A stretch of DNA of 26,704 nucleotides from Candidatus Zixiibacteriota bacterium. GTDB lineage: Bacteria; Zixibacteria; MSB-5A5; GN15; FEB-12. The notes under the pieces are model-generated. The model searched no databases. It was not told where the DNA came from and was given only the letters and a program-made list of their open reading frames with translations. The stretch covers positions 1 through 26,704 of the forward strand of contig JBGSIV010000206.1 in NCBI GenBank assembly GCA_041742355.1, read 5' to 3'. Both the position numbers and the translations under genes were made by a program. Positions 8,588 to 16,927 of this stretch are shown here, in pieces (position 1 is the stretch's first letter; each line of letters begins with the position of its first letter).

Positions 8588-8913
8588 AGAGTGTTTCAGA
8601 AGAGAGTGTTTCAGAGCAGGTAACCCGCAGCTCTGCTGCGGGCAGCCCGATACGAGCACTCTTCTTGTAGGTCAGGACCCCGTGCGGTCCTGACATTGGC
8701 GGGTCGCCCACAGCTTGCTGTGGGATTCCGAAGTGTATGAACCGGCCAGACGTAGACTACGACGTAGGGCACGACCCTTCAGCGGTCGTGCCGCTTAGCC
8801 AGGTAACAGGTCAGTAGGTCAGGCTGCTTGCAGCCTGACATTGACTCAACCCGGACGCCCGACCCAAACCGACGCTCAGACACTGTCATCCCGGGCTACG
8901 ACCCGGGATCCAG
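8588..8913 (+). repeat. Mosaic cluster of REP-like hairpins preceded by a 13-bp tandem direct repeat
   Basis: agagtgtttcaga x2 (8588-8600, 8603-8615); hairpins at 8624-8642, 8667-8697, 8707-8724, 8764-8795, 8814-8842 and 8883-8913. Confidence 0.85.
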
Positions 8914-8960
8914 TCTTTGCGTACCCTGGCCGCGACAAAAACACACGACCCCGACGCCGG

Positions 8961-10955
8961 TCACTCGGAAACCACCGGCAGCGGCTTGTACATCTCGTCG
9001 TACGCTGTCTGAAACAAAGCCAGGGCGCGGCGTTTGTGCAGCGCGAACAACTCAGGGAGAGAGTCCTTGATATCGACCGCCTTGTTGGCGACACGGAAGT
9101 ACGAATCGCTCCCGCCGTTCTGGCGCGTGATCGTGTAGTGGCCGTCTTCGATGTAGCCGATCTCGTAGTGGCGGGTCGCCAGGACATGGTCGATACCCGG
9201 GGAGGTCGTGTCGAACAGGTCCTTGCCAAACGAGTAGTTGTCGTAGTCGAGGCGGACCGCGCCCATTACGGTCGGCAGAATATCGCACTGGTGCCCAAGG
9301 CGCGGGTTGCGAACGCCCGGATAGAGATCGCGGTCGGTGTCGAGCACGAAGAGCGGGATGTGCAGGATCGACAGGTCGAGGTCGGTGGCCGGATCCCACT
9401 TGTACCCGTTGTCGGCGGTCACGAAAATCACCGTGTTGGCAAAAGCGGGGTCGTCGTCAACCAGGGTGAGGAATCGTCCGAGAGCCCAGTCGGCGTACTT
9501 GAAGGAATTGAGCTCATCGGCGATCGGATCCGACTGCGGCACGCGGTCGAACGGGACATCGGGGTATTTCCACGGCCCGTGGTTCGATCCGGTGAGAAGG
9601 GTCGCACAGAACCGCTCCCCCGCACCGGCATGGAGCCGCAGGTGGTTGTAGGCGGAGTCGAACATGACATGGTCGGGTACGCCCAGCCAGCTGTATTCCA
9701 TCGAGCGGTCGTAGTCGAAGATGCCGTAGACATCCATGACGCCGTGGGCGCGGAGGAACCCCTGCATGTTGTCGAAATGCGGGTCCTGGGTGGTGCAAAA
9801 GATGGTGCGGTAGCCGTAGTCGCGCAGGATAGTCGGCAGACCGTGGAAGGAGCCGTAGCCGCCGACCTGCTTCATGATGATCTTGCCGAAGAGGTGCGGC
9901 ACGCCGTAGAGGGTGGTGAACAACCCCGAGTAGGTGTGGGTACCCGATGAGTAGAAATTGGTAAAAAGCACTCCGTGCTGTGAGATGGAATCGAAGTACG
10001 GGCTGAGCTCGTACGGGTACTCGCTGGTGAGGGCGCCAATCTTGCTGGCCGAGAATGATTCCATAATGATGATAATGACATTGGGCGGCGTGTCATTCGG
10101 CGGGTCGAAGCGCACCGGCCGGACGATCCGCTGGTTTGCTTCCCGGGGGAGTTCGGCGCCGAGCAAATCGCAGGTGATCGCGACAGCTTCGGGGTCTCGC
10201 ATACTCTCGACCAGCCGTTCGACCGGTTCGCGCTTCTCGGCGTCGTAGAGGATGTCGCGGAGGAACTGCTCGGCCGGGTTGAGAGCGAGCTGGTTGGCGA
10301 AATCGTACGCGGAAAAGTAGGCCAGCCCCCAGCGCATCGGGGCGACCTCGTAGATGCGCCCGACGCTCCCCATGACGAGAATCAGGAGGACCACCGGCGC
10401 CCAGAGCAGGTTGACCCAGGTCGGCGACGGTTTGTTTGTCCCGAACACCTGCCGCACCAGCCACCGCACCGCCAGCACGAACAGCAGGGTCACCGCCGCC
10501 CAGAGGATTATCCAGCGCACGACCGGGTAAGTCTCCCAGACCATGGTGGTCATGTCGCCGGGGGAGTCGGTCCACAGGAGGGCGGAGCCGTTGAGGCGGC
10601 TGTTGAAAAAGCGGAAGAATTCGATATCGACCAGGTGAAGGAAAAAGATCCCCGCAGCGACAACGCCGAGCACGGTGACAAGAACTGTCCGGGTGATCCG
10701 ATTGCGGCCAATGTCCAGGCGGGGGAAAAGCGCCGGCACAAACAGGATCAGGGTGATGCCGCAGGCGACGCGAAAGTCAAAGCGGGCGCCGATGACATAC
10801 GATTGCAGCAGGGTGCCGAGCGGGATAGTGTCGAGCGATGCCCCGGCGGCGATCATGAAGATGAAGCGCCACAGGGTGAAGAACGCGGTCAGGAGGATCG
10901 CGCTCAGCACCAGAAAGAGCGCCGGTGTCGATATATATCTGCTTCTCAGGTGCAT
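8961..10955 (-). CDS. LtaS/phosphoglycerol transferase-family membrane sulfatase-like protein
   Basis: About five N-terminal TM helices with GARFD; NVIIIIMESFS, NFYSSGTHTYSG (Thr nucleophile region), GVPDH.MF, SNHGP, NSFKYADWALG.F, NT.IFVTAD, HIPL, DILPT. Confidence 0.88.
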   Translation of the reverse strand: MHLRSRYISTPALFLVLSAILLTAFFTLWRFIFMIAAGASLDTIPLGTLLQSYVIGARFDFRVACGITLILFVPALFPRLDIGRNRITRTVLVTVLGVVAAGIFFLHLVDIEFFRFFNSRLNGSALLWTDSPGDMTTMVWETYPVVRWIILWAAVTLLFVLAVRWLVRQVFGTNKPSPTWVNLLWAPVVLLILVMGSVGRIYEVAPMRWGLAYFSAYDFANQLALNPAEQFLRDILYDAEKREPVERLVESMRDPEAVAITCDLLGAELPREANQRIVRPVRFDPPNDTPPNVIIIIMESFSASKIGALTSEYPYELSPYFDSISQHGVLFTNFYSSGTHTYSGLFTTLYGVPHLFGKIIMKQVGGYGSFHGLPTILRDYGYRTIFCTTQDPHFDNMQGFLRAHGVMDVYGIFDYDRSMEYSWLGVPDHVMFDSAYNHLRLHAGAGERFCATLLTGSNHGPWKYPDVPFDRVPQSDPIADELNSFKYADWALGRFLTLVDDDPAFANTVIFVTADNGYKWDPATDLDLSILHIPLFVLDTDRDLYPGVRNPRLGHQCDILPTVMGAVRLDYDNYSFGKDLFDTTSPGIDHVLATRHYEIGYIEDGHYTITRQNGGSDSYFRVANKAVDIKDSLPELFALHKRRALALFQTAYDEMYKPLPVVSE

Positions 10956-11204
10956 AGTTGCCGCATCGGGCACAGGAATAAAGAGACCGGTCGAACGACC
11001 GTCAAGGCTTATGTTGGCCGATCAGGACTGCATTGCTCCGCGATTGGGCGCGACCGGGAGCACCGCAGGTACCGACAAGGACTGCGCGGGTGATTGTCTG
11101 GGGAATGTGCTTGTGCAAACGCAACTTTGCCCCTATCTTGGCGTACTTTTGATTTTGGCACCGTTGATGGACCATTTGCTGAGGACGGTTTTGCAACTAT
11201 GCAC
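10950..11204. repeat. 12-bp inverted repeats (GCAACTATGCAC) overlapping both divergent start codons
   Basis: gtgcatagttgc at 10950-10961 is the exact reverse complement of gcaactatgcac at 11193-11204. Confidence 0.8.
11111..11139 (+). promoter_or_regulatory. Sigma70-like promoter of the 11199 gene
   Basis: TTGTGC-N17-TATCTT. Confidence 0.55.
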
Positions 11205-13811
11205 GTAGCGCTTCGAATCGCCGGAGCCCTGGTTCTGGCCGTCACCCTCGCCATCCTTCTCGTCGCTCCAACCGCCGCCCAACGAGACCCAGTCGACCGC
11301 GACGCCCCAGAAATGGCCGCGGCGCTGACGCCGCCCTACTGCCTGGGGGTGCATGATGTCGGTCAATTGGTGGTCGGTGTGAACAACTACGCCCGGGTCG
11401 GCATCGGTCGCGGCAAAGGATCGCGCACCGACTGCTTCACCGGCCGTCCGGCGCCCAAGGGGGAGTATCCGAAAGGGAGCAAGTCAGTCTACCTGTATGA
11501 GGGAGGGCTCTGGGTCGGCGGCATCATCGGCCTTGATACGCTGGTCTCGGCGGGTACGGAGTACGCGACCATCGCGATGACGGGACAGTCACGCGAGTTT
11601 CATCCGACCACGCCGCTGATCAAATACTCGGGCCTGGATTACACGTCCGCCGATTACGAACTGGCCCGATCCGAGCAGGATTACGTGGCCGTATTCGCCG
11701 ACACCTTCACGAATGTCGGCTTCGGCTCCTTCGATCCGGTCGCCTACCGCCCGCACAAGCCGATGGGCCTGAAAGTCGAGCAGCGATCATACGCCTGGTC
11801 GTACGGCCACACCGATGACTTCATCATCGTAACCTACCGCATCACCAACATCGGCAAGAAGAAGATTTCGGATGCGTGGGTGGGGATGTACTGGGATGGG
11901 GATGTCCATATTTCGGGGACCGACATCACTTCGGTGCAGCCCCTGACGGGCAAGCCGCCGACCGGCGGCAGGGACGATCTCTCCGGGTTTCTCTGGGACG
12001 CGCAGTCGCCGTTCGAACAGTGTGAATCGCTGGACACAATCGGGCTGGCCTGGACCATCGACAACGACGGCGATTTCAAGAACGGCGAGCTCCAGGTCCC
12101 CCATATCGGAGGTATCCGCATGCTCGGGCCGGAGATGACGGATCCCAACTACACGCTGTCGTACAACTGGTGGGTGTACAACTACAACCAGGCCTATGAT
12201 TTCGGCCCGCAGCGCCGCGACCGGTACCGCGACCTCGGCAACGGCCCGGGCACGCCGTACGGCGACCGCAACAAGTACTACCTGATGAGCAACGGCGAGA
12301 TCGACTACGACCAGATGTACACGCTGAACATCCGCCGGGGCGACCAGACCTGGATGTTTCCGGGCACGCGGGTGCCGAGGCAAATGTCGATGGGTGCGGA
12401 CGTTAACCAGTTGCTGACGATCGGGCCGCGCGACCTGAATCCCGGGGCGGTGATCGATTTCGCCATCGCGTTCGTCGCGGGCGAGGACTTTCACATCGAC
12501 CCCTCCAACTTCTCGTACAACCTCAGCGGCAACTACAACCCCGACCAGTACCTCGCCAACTGCGATTTCTCGGAGATCATCCGCAATTCCATAACCGCCT
12601 CGCGGGTGTATGACATCCCGGGGTTCGACACAAATGACGACGGCTACCTGGGCAAATTCCGCGTGTGCGTCTTCGATTCCGCGCTCGTCGACGGCGAGTG
12701 GGTGCCGACGGTCGCCGATACCTCGTACTACGAAGGGGACGGCGTGCCTGATTTCCGCGCCGCCGCGCCGCCGCCGCCGCCCGACCTCTGGCTCCACCCG
12801 AGCCGCAACGGGCTTCGCGTTCGTTTTAATGGAGTCCGCTCTGAGACCGCGCGGGACATCTTCTCAGGCGATCTGGATTTCGAGGGGTACCGGGTGTACC
12901 TCGCGCGCGACAACCGCGACGAGAGCTTCTCGCTCTACGCGCAGTACGACCGCAAGAACTTCGAGAAATGGGTGTACACCGATCGCGTCGGCAAAGAAGA
13001 CGGATTCGTACGGATGGGCAATCCGCTGACGCTGGAAGAGGTGCGCTGCCTCTACGGCGACCCGGCCGATCCCTGCGGCGACAGCACGTTTGACCCGTTG
13101 CGCTTTTCCGCAACCCACCCGTATTTCCACCCGCTCTTTCCGGATTCCGTCTTCTACTTCTCCGCGCACGACTACAACCGGTCCGAGTTCGGCGTTTCGA
13201 CGACCATCCGGAAGATATACCCCGATCAGGAGCCGCCGGCGTCGATCCTGGAGCCGCTGCCGGAAGATCTGACCGAGGAGGGGCGGTTGAAGTACTACGA
13301 GTACGAGGTCGAGATCACCGGGCTCCTGGCGGCGGTGCCCTACTATATCGCGGTCACCGCGTTTGATCATGGCTCGCCGCAGGCGGGAATGGCGCCGCTG
13401 GAATCCTCCCGCACCATCAATTCCAGGAGCGCGTACCCCAACAACGCCTGGGATGAGAAGGCCGACTCCCTGACAAATATCTACGTGTATCCCAATCCCT
13501 ACCGTCACGACGCCTACTACCGCGTCGCAGGGCTTGAGGGCCGCGGCCAGGATGATCGTTCCCGTGACCGCGTCCGCAAGATTACCTTCGCGAACCTGCC
13601 GCCCACCTGCACCATCCGGGTGTTCTCGCTCGACGGCGATCTGGTGCGGGAAATGGAGCACGACATGGATCCCGCCGATCCCAACGCCCCGTACCACGAG
13701 TGGGACATGATCAGCCGCAACTACCAGATGATCGTGTCGGGATTGTACTACTGGGTGGTCGAGACGCCCGATGGCCGGACGCAGATCGGGAAGCTGGCGG
13801 TCCTGATGTAA
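11199..13811 (+). CDS. Large secreted protein with FN3-like region and T9SS type A-like C-terminal sorting domain
   Basis: Signal peptide; EYPKGS...YL..GGLWVGG N-terminal motif; PPPPP linker; DFEGYRVY...YYIAVTAFD; C-terminus IYVYPNPY...F.NLP..CTIRVFSLDGDLVRE...WD...VSGLYYWVVE...GKLAVLM. Confidence 0.8.
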   Translation: MHVALRIAGALVLAVTLAILLVAPTAAQRDPVDRDAPEMAAALTPPYCLGVHDVGQLVVGVNNYARVGIGRGKGSRTDCFTGRPAPKGEYPKGSKSVYLYEGGLWVGGIIGLDTLVSAGTEYATIAMTGQSREFHPTTPLIKYSGLDYTSADYELARSEQDYVAVFADTFTNVGFGSFDPVAYRPHKPMGLKVEQRSYAWSYGHTDDFIIVTYRITNIGKKKISDAWVGMYWDGDVHISGTDITSVQPLTGKPPTGGRDDLSGFLWDAQSPFEQCESLDTIGLAWTIDNDGDFKNGELQVPHIGGIRMLGPEMTDPNYTLSYNWWVYNYNQAYDFGPQRRDRYRDLGNGPGTPYGDRNKYYLMSNGEIDYDQMYTLNIRRGDQTWMFPGTRVPRQMSMGADVNQLLTIGPRDLNPGAVIDFAIAFVAGEDFHIDPSNFSYNLSGNYNPDQYLANCDFSEIIRNSITASRVYDIPGFDTNDDGYLGKFRVCVFDSALVDGEWVPTVADTSYYEGDGVPDFRAAAPPPPPDLWLHPSRNGLRVRFNGVRSETARDIFSGDLDFEGYRVYLARDNRDESFSLYAQYDRKNFEKWVYTDRVGKEDGFVRMGNPLTLEEVRCLYGDPADPCGDSTFDPLRFSATHPYFHPLFPDSVFYFSAHDYNRSEFGVSTTIRKIYPDQEPPASILEPLPEDLTEEGRLKYYEYEVEITGLLAAVPYYIAVTAFDHGSPQAGMAPLESSRTINSRSAYPNNAWDEKADSLTNIYVYPNPYRHDAYYRVAGLEGRGQDDRSRDRVRKITFANLPPTCTIRVFSLDGDLVREMEHDMDPADPNAPYHEWDMISRNYQMIVSGLYYWVVETPDGRTQIGKLAVLM

Positions 13812-13832
13812 AGGGACGCTCAGGTTAAACTG

Positions 13833-13863
13833 AAAAAGGCGCCGGATAACCGGCGCCTTTTTT
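13833..13863. terminator. Bidirectional rho-independent terminator
   Basis: aaaaa-ggcgccgg-ataa-ccggcgcc-tttttt between convergent stops. Confidence 0.9.
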
Positions 13864-13885
13864 ATCGTTTGTCGGAAACCCGGGA

Positions 13886-16018
13886 TCAGGCGCCGACCGT
13901 CTGCTCCTGGCGCAGTTTGAACCGCGCCACCATGTTCTGAAGCCCCTCGGCCTGACGGTTGAGTTCCTCCGCGGCGGCAGCCGATTGTTCGGCTCCTTGA
14001 GAGGTCTCCCGCGTCACGGTCGAGATGTGGTCGACGTTCTTGGAAATCTGCTCGGCAGCGGCCGATTGCTCTTCGGCGGCGGCAGCCACCTGGCCGATCA
14101 TGTCCATCACTCGCTGCGAGACGGTGACGATTTCGGAGAGCGAGTTGCCCGCCCGGTCGGCCAGCTGGCGACCGAGGTCGACCTGCTGAATGCCCGATTC
14201 CATGGACTTGACGGCGTCGATAGTCTCCGCCTGGATGCCCTTCACCATGTCGGTGATTTCGCCCGTGGCTTTGCCGGACCGTTCGGCCAGTTTCCGAACC
14301 TCGTCGGCGACGACGGCGAAACCTCTGCCCTGTTCGCCGGCGCGGGCGGCTTCAATCGCCGCGTTTAAGGCCAGCAGGTTGGTCTGGTCGGCGATGTCGT
14401 CGATCACCTTGGTGATCTCCCCGATCTGGTCGGCGCTCCGGGCCAGTTTCGAGATGGAGTCGGCCGACTGGCGGACCACCTCGGCGATCTTCTGCATGCC
14501 CTGAATCGTTTCACTGACAACCGTGCCGCCGGTGGCTGCTGTCTTGGAGGCATTCGAGGCGGCCTCCGAAGCGGTGCCGCCGTTCTTTGAGGTCTCAAGA
14601 ATGGTCGCACTCATCTCTTCGATGGCGGTCGAGATCTGCTCGATCTGCTGAGCCTGGTCCTTGGAACCGCGGGACATCTGCTCAGCCGAAGTCGAGATTT
14701 CGGTCGCGGCGCTGACCAGCTCCCGGGCGTTGTCGGCAAGCTGACGGATTACGCCGGTCAGATTGTGGATCATGGTCTTGAAGGCGTTCCCCAGCATGTC
14801 CTTTTCCGAGCGCGGCTGCACCTGGGCGGTCAGGTCGTTCTCGGCGATGCGGCCGGCAGCCTTGGCCATGTCCTGCAGGTAGGTGATCATGCGCCGGAAA
14901 GATTCGGCCAGCTGGCCGACTTCATCCTTCGACCTGACATCAACCGTGGCGGTGACGTCACCGAGAGCCACCGCTTCGGCCACGTCGACCAGCTTCTTCA
15001 CCGGGCGCACGATCGAGCGGGCCATGATGTAAGACAGGGCAATCGCGACAGCCAGCATGAAGAGGCCGATCCAGGTGATGCTGTTGCGGATATTGGTCGC
15101 ATTCTCGGTGAACTCGTCAAGGTAACTGCCGGCGCCGATGATCCAGTTCCACTCCTTGAGGTACGCGTAGGCCACGATCTTCGGGGCCTGCTCCCCGTTG
15201 CGATCCCACTCGTACTCGACATAGGCTATCTCGCCGTCGCCCAGTTTCGGGGCAGTGGCGAGCATCTCCTTGCAGAAGTCATGCTGGGCGATGGATTCCC
15301 CTTCGAGCTTGGGGTGGATCTGCAGCACACCCTCGCCGTCCATGGTATAGATGTAGCCGGTCTTCCCGATCTGCTGGCTCAGAATCGCGTCGCGGAGGAG
15401 CTTGGAGCGTTCGTCCACGCCGACGAAGAAGCTGCCGACGATTTGGCCGGAAGCGTCCTTGATCGGCTCGTAAGCGGTCACCATCCAGCGATTGACCACC
15501 CATGCCCGGCCGTAGAATGTCCGGCCGTTGCGGAAGACGGCGTCGTAGACTTCGTCCGAGATAAAGGTGCCCACGGCCCGCGTACCGTCGGTCTTGGTGA
15601 CACTGGTGGCGACGCGGCGGGCCTTGTCCCCTTCCTTCTGGAAGATGGTGCAGGCCGAGCCGGTCAGCCGGGTGATCTCATCCACGAATCTGGTGTCGTC
15701 GTTGATGACGTAGTTCTCGCCGTTGCCGGTGAGAACCATCTGGCCGAGCTTGATTTCGACCTGGCTGCCGCCGGTCTGATTGAAGAGCTGCCGGGCAGTG
15801 GCCAGGTCGCTGACCACTTTCTTCTGGGCCTGTTCGGCGTTGACCTGGCACAGATTGGCGGCGCTCCGGGTGAGGTGCTCGAGGTCAGCCCGGGCGGCCT
15901 CTTCAAGGAAGCGGCTCGACTGGGCGGTGCTGATAATCGCGATCGTAGCGATGGCGAGGGCCAGCACGAGCGATGTCGTCAGCATGATTTTCTGGGTCAG
16001 TTTCAGGCGAATCTGCAT
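13886..16018 (-). CDS. Methyl-accepting chemotaxis protein with Cache_3-Cache_2-like sensor and two HAMP domains
   Basis: TM1; CTIFQK...RVATSV...G.RAVGT...F.GRAWVV...[26 protein letters not shown]2; [48 protein letters not shown]. Confidence 0.95.
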   Translation of the reverse strand: MQIRLKLTQKIMLTTSLVLALAIATIAIISTAQSSRFLEEAARADLEHLTRSAANLCQVNAEQAQKKVVSDLATARQLFNQTGGSQVEIKLGQMVLTGNGENYVINDDTRFVDEITRLTGSACTIFQKEGDKARRVATSVTKTDGTRAVGTFISDEVYDAVFRNGRTFYGRAWVVNRWMVTAYEPIKDASGQIVGSFFVGVDERSKLLRDAILSQQIGKTGYIYTMDGEGVLQIHPKLEGESIAQHDFCKEMLATAPKLGDGEIAYVEYEWDRNGEQAPKIVAYAYLKEWNWIIGAGSYLDEFTENATNIRNSITWIGLFMLAVAIALSYIMARSIVRPVKKLVDVAEAVALGDVTATVDVRSKDEVGQLAESFRRMITYLQDMAKAAGRIAENDLTAQVQPRSEKDMLGNAFKTMIHNLTGVIRQLADNARELVSAATEISTSAEQMSRGSKDQAQQIEQISTAIEEMSATILETSKNGGTASEAASNASKTAATGGTVVSETIQGMQKIAEVVRQSADSISKLARSADQIGEITKVIDDIADQTNLLALNAAIEAARAGEQGRGFAVVADEVRKLAERSGKATGEITDMVKGIQAETIDAVKSMESGIQQVDLGRQLADRAGNSLSEIVTVSQRVMDMIGQVAAAAEEQSAAAEQISKNVDHISTVTRETSQGAEQSAAAAEELNRQAEGLQNMVARFKLRQEQTVGA

Positions 16019-16163
16019 TGTATCCCCGCTTTGGCGTTTGTACCGTGCGGGAAGGAACTCAGTAACCCGGCCCCTCCGGTCTTCCCGTTCCAGTAACTCA
16101 GGACTGAGGATGCGTATACGCGACCATTCGTCACGCCGTCAGCATCCCGTTCTCCATCTCCCA

Positions 16164-16661
16164 CTATAGTATGTCCAAACCCAGCGCTACCCGCGGAGCG
16201 ACAGTGTCGTACATCGTTTCCAGGTGCGCGGTGTCATTCGTGAAGCCGCCGGCAGTGTCCGAGCCGTCCTCGTCGTTCACGCCGGTCCCGGCCGCTGAGT
16301 AATCGTCGGCGAGCGTCCGTCTGGTGTCCGCGCCACGGCCCTTGTTGCCGCTATGGATTGGCGTGGTGCTACTGCGCATGATCGCGCCCATATAGCCGCC
16401 CGGATCGCCGCCGATACTTGCGTCTTCCTGCAGGCGAACGAATTCGATGGAGTCCACCTCGATGGAGCCCGCCGCCGTCCGATTGTTGCGATTATCCCTG
16501 CACTCCGGAGAGGACAATGGCCGGAAGCTCTGGTCGTCCGATCGGTCGAGCTGCCCATACCCGGACCGTCCGACACGGTATGCCGGGCCACCAGCCGCGC
16601 GCCGGGAAGCGGCGGCCGGACATGACAGAACAGCTCTGCGGACAACTGCTGACCTTCTCAT
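16164..16661 (-). CDS. Hypothetical low-complexity protein (165 aa)
   Basis: AAAGGGGAG upstream of ATG 16661; co-oriented with the MCP and fills an otherwise empty gap; no recognisable domain. Confidence 0.3.
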   Translation of the reverse strand: MRRSAVVRRAVLSCPAAASRRAAGGPAYRVGRSGYGQLDRSDDQSFRPLSSPECRDNRNNRTAAGSIEVDSIEFVRLQEDASIGGDPGGYMGAIMRSSTTPIHSGNKGRGADTRRTLADDYSAAGTGVNDEDGSDTAGGFTNDTAHLETMYDTVAPRVALGLDIL

Positions 16662-16861
16662 GGCTCCCCTTTCGTGCAGGTGACTCGTCACCTGATCCTC
16701 GGGCGTCGGTTGACCGGACGGTTTCTGGGGGAGAGCTCATTCGCCCCGCACCTTCACCGGCCATCAATGCAGATAACGCCCTGCGATATGGGAGATATCG
16801 ACAACCCGGCCTATGTTGGGGATGCGTTATCGCAGATTATTCGCGGCAATAGACGGCTATT

Positions 16862-16908
16862 GTAGGATTTTCGCGCAGTACCCGATACCGGGTACTGCGC
16901 GAAAATCC
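16862..16908. repeat. Perfect 20-bp-stem hairpin, GTAG-headed
   Basis: ggattttcgcgcagtacccg-atac-cgggtactgcgcgaaaatcc, with GTAG at 16862-16865. Confidence 0.75.
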
Positions 16909-16927
16909 AGCCGGCGCTGCGTCGACA

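Noticed and set aside
8588..8913. CRISPR array (GTTTCAGA start, spaced palindromes)
   Set aside because: The 13-mers are only 2 nt apart, the hairpins are not identical repeats, and there are no cas genes.
14765..16096. 443-aa plus-strand ORF (likewise 19388-20623 and 8841-9950)
   Set aside because: Antisense shadows of the MCP, rarA and LtaS-like genes.
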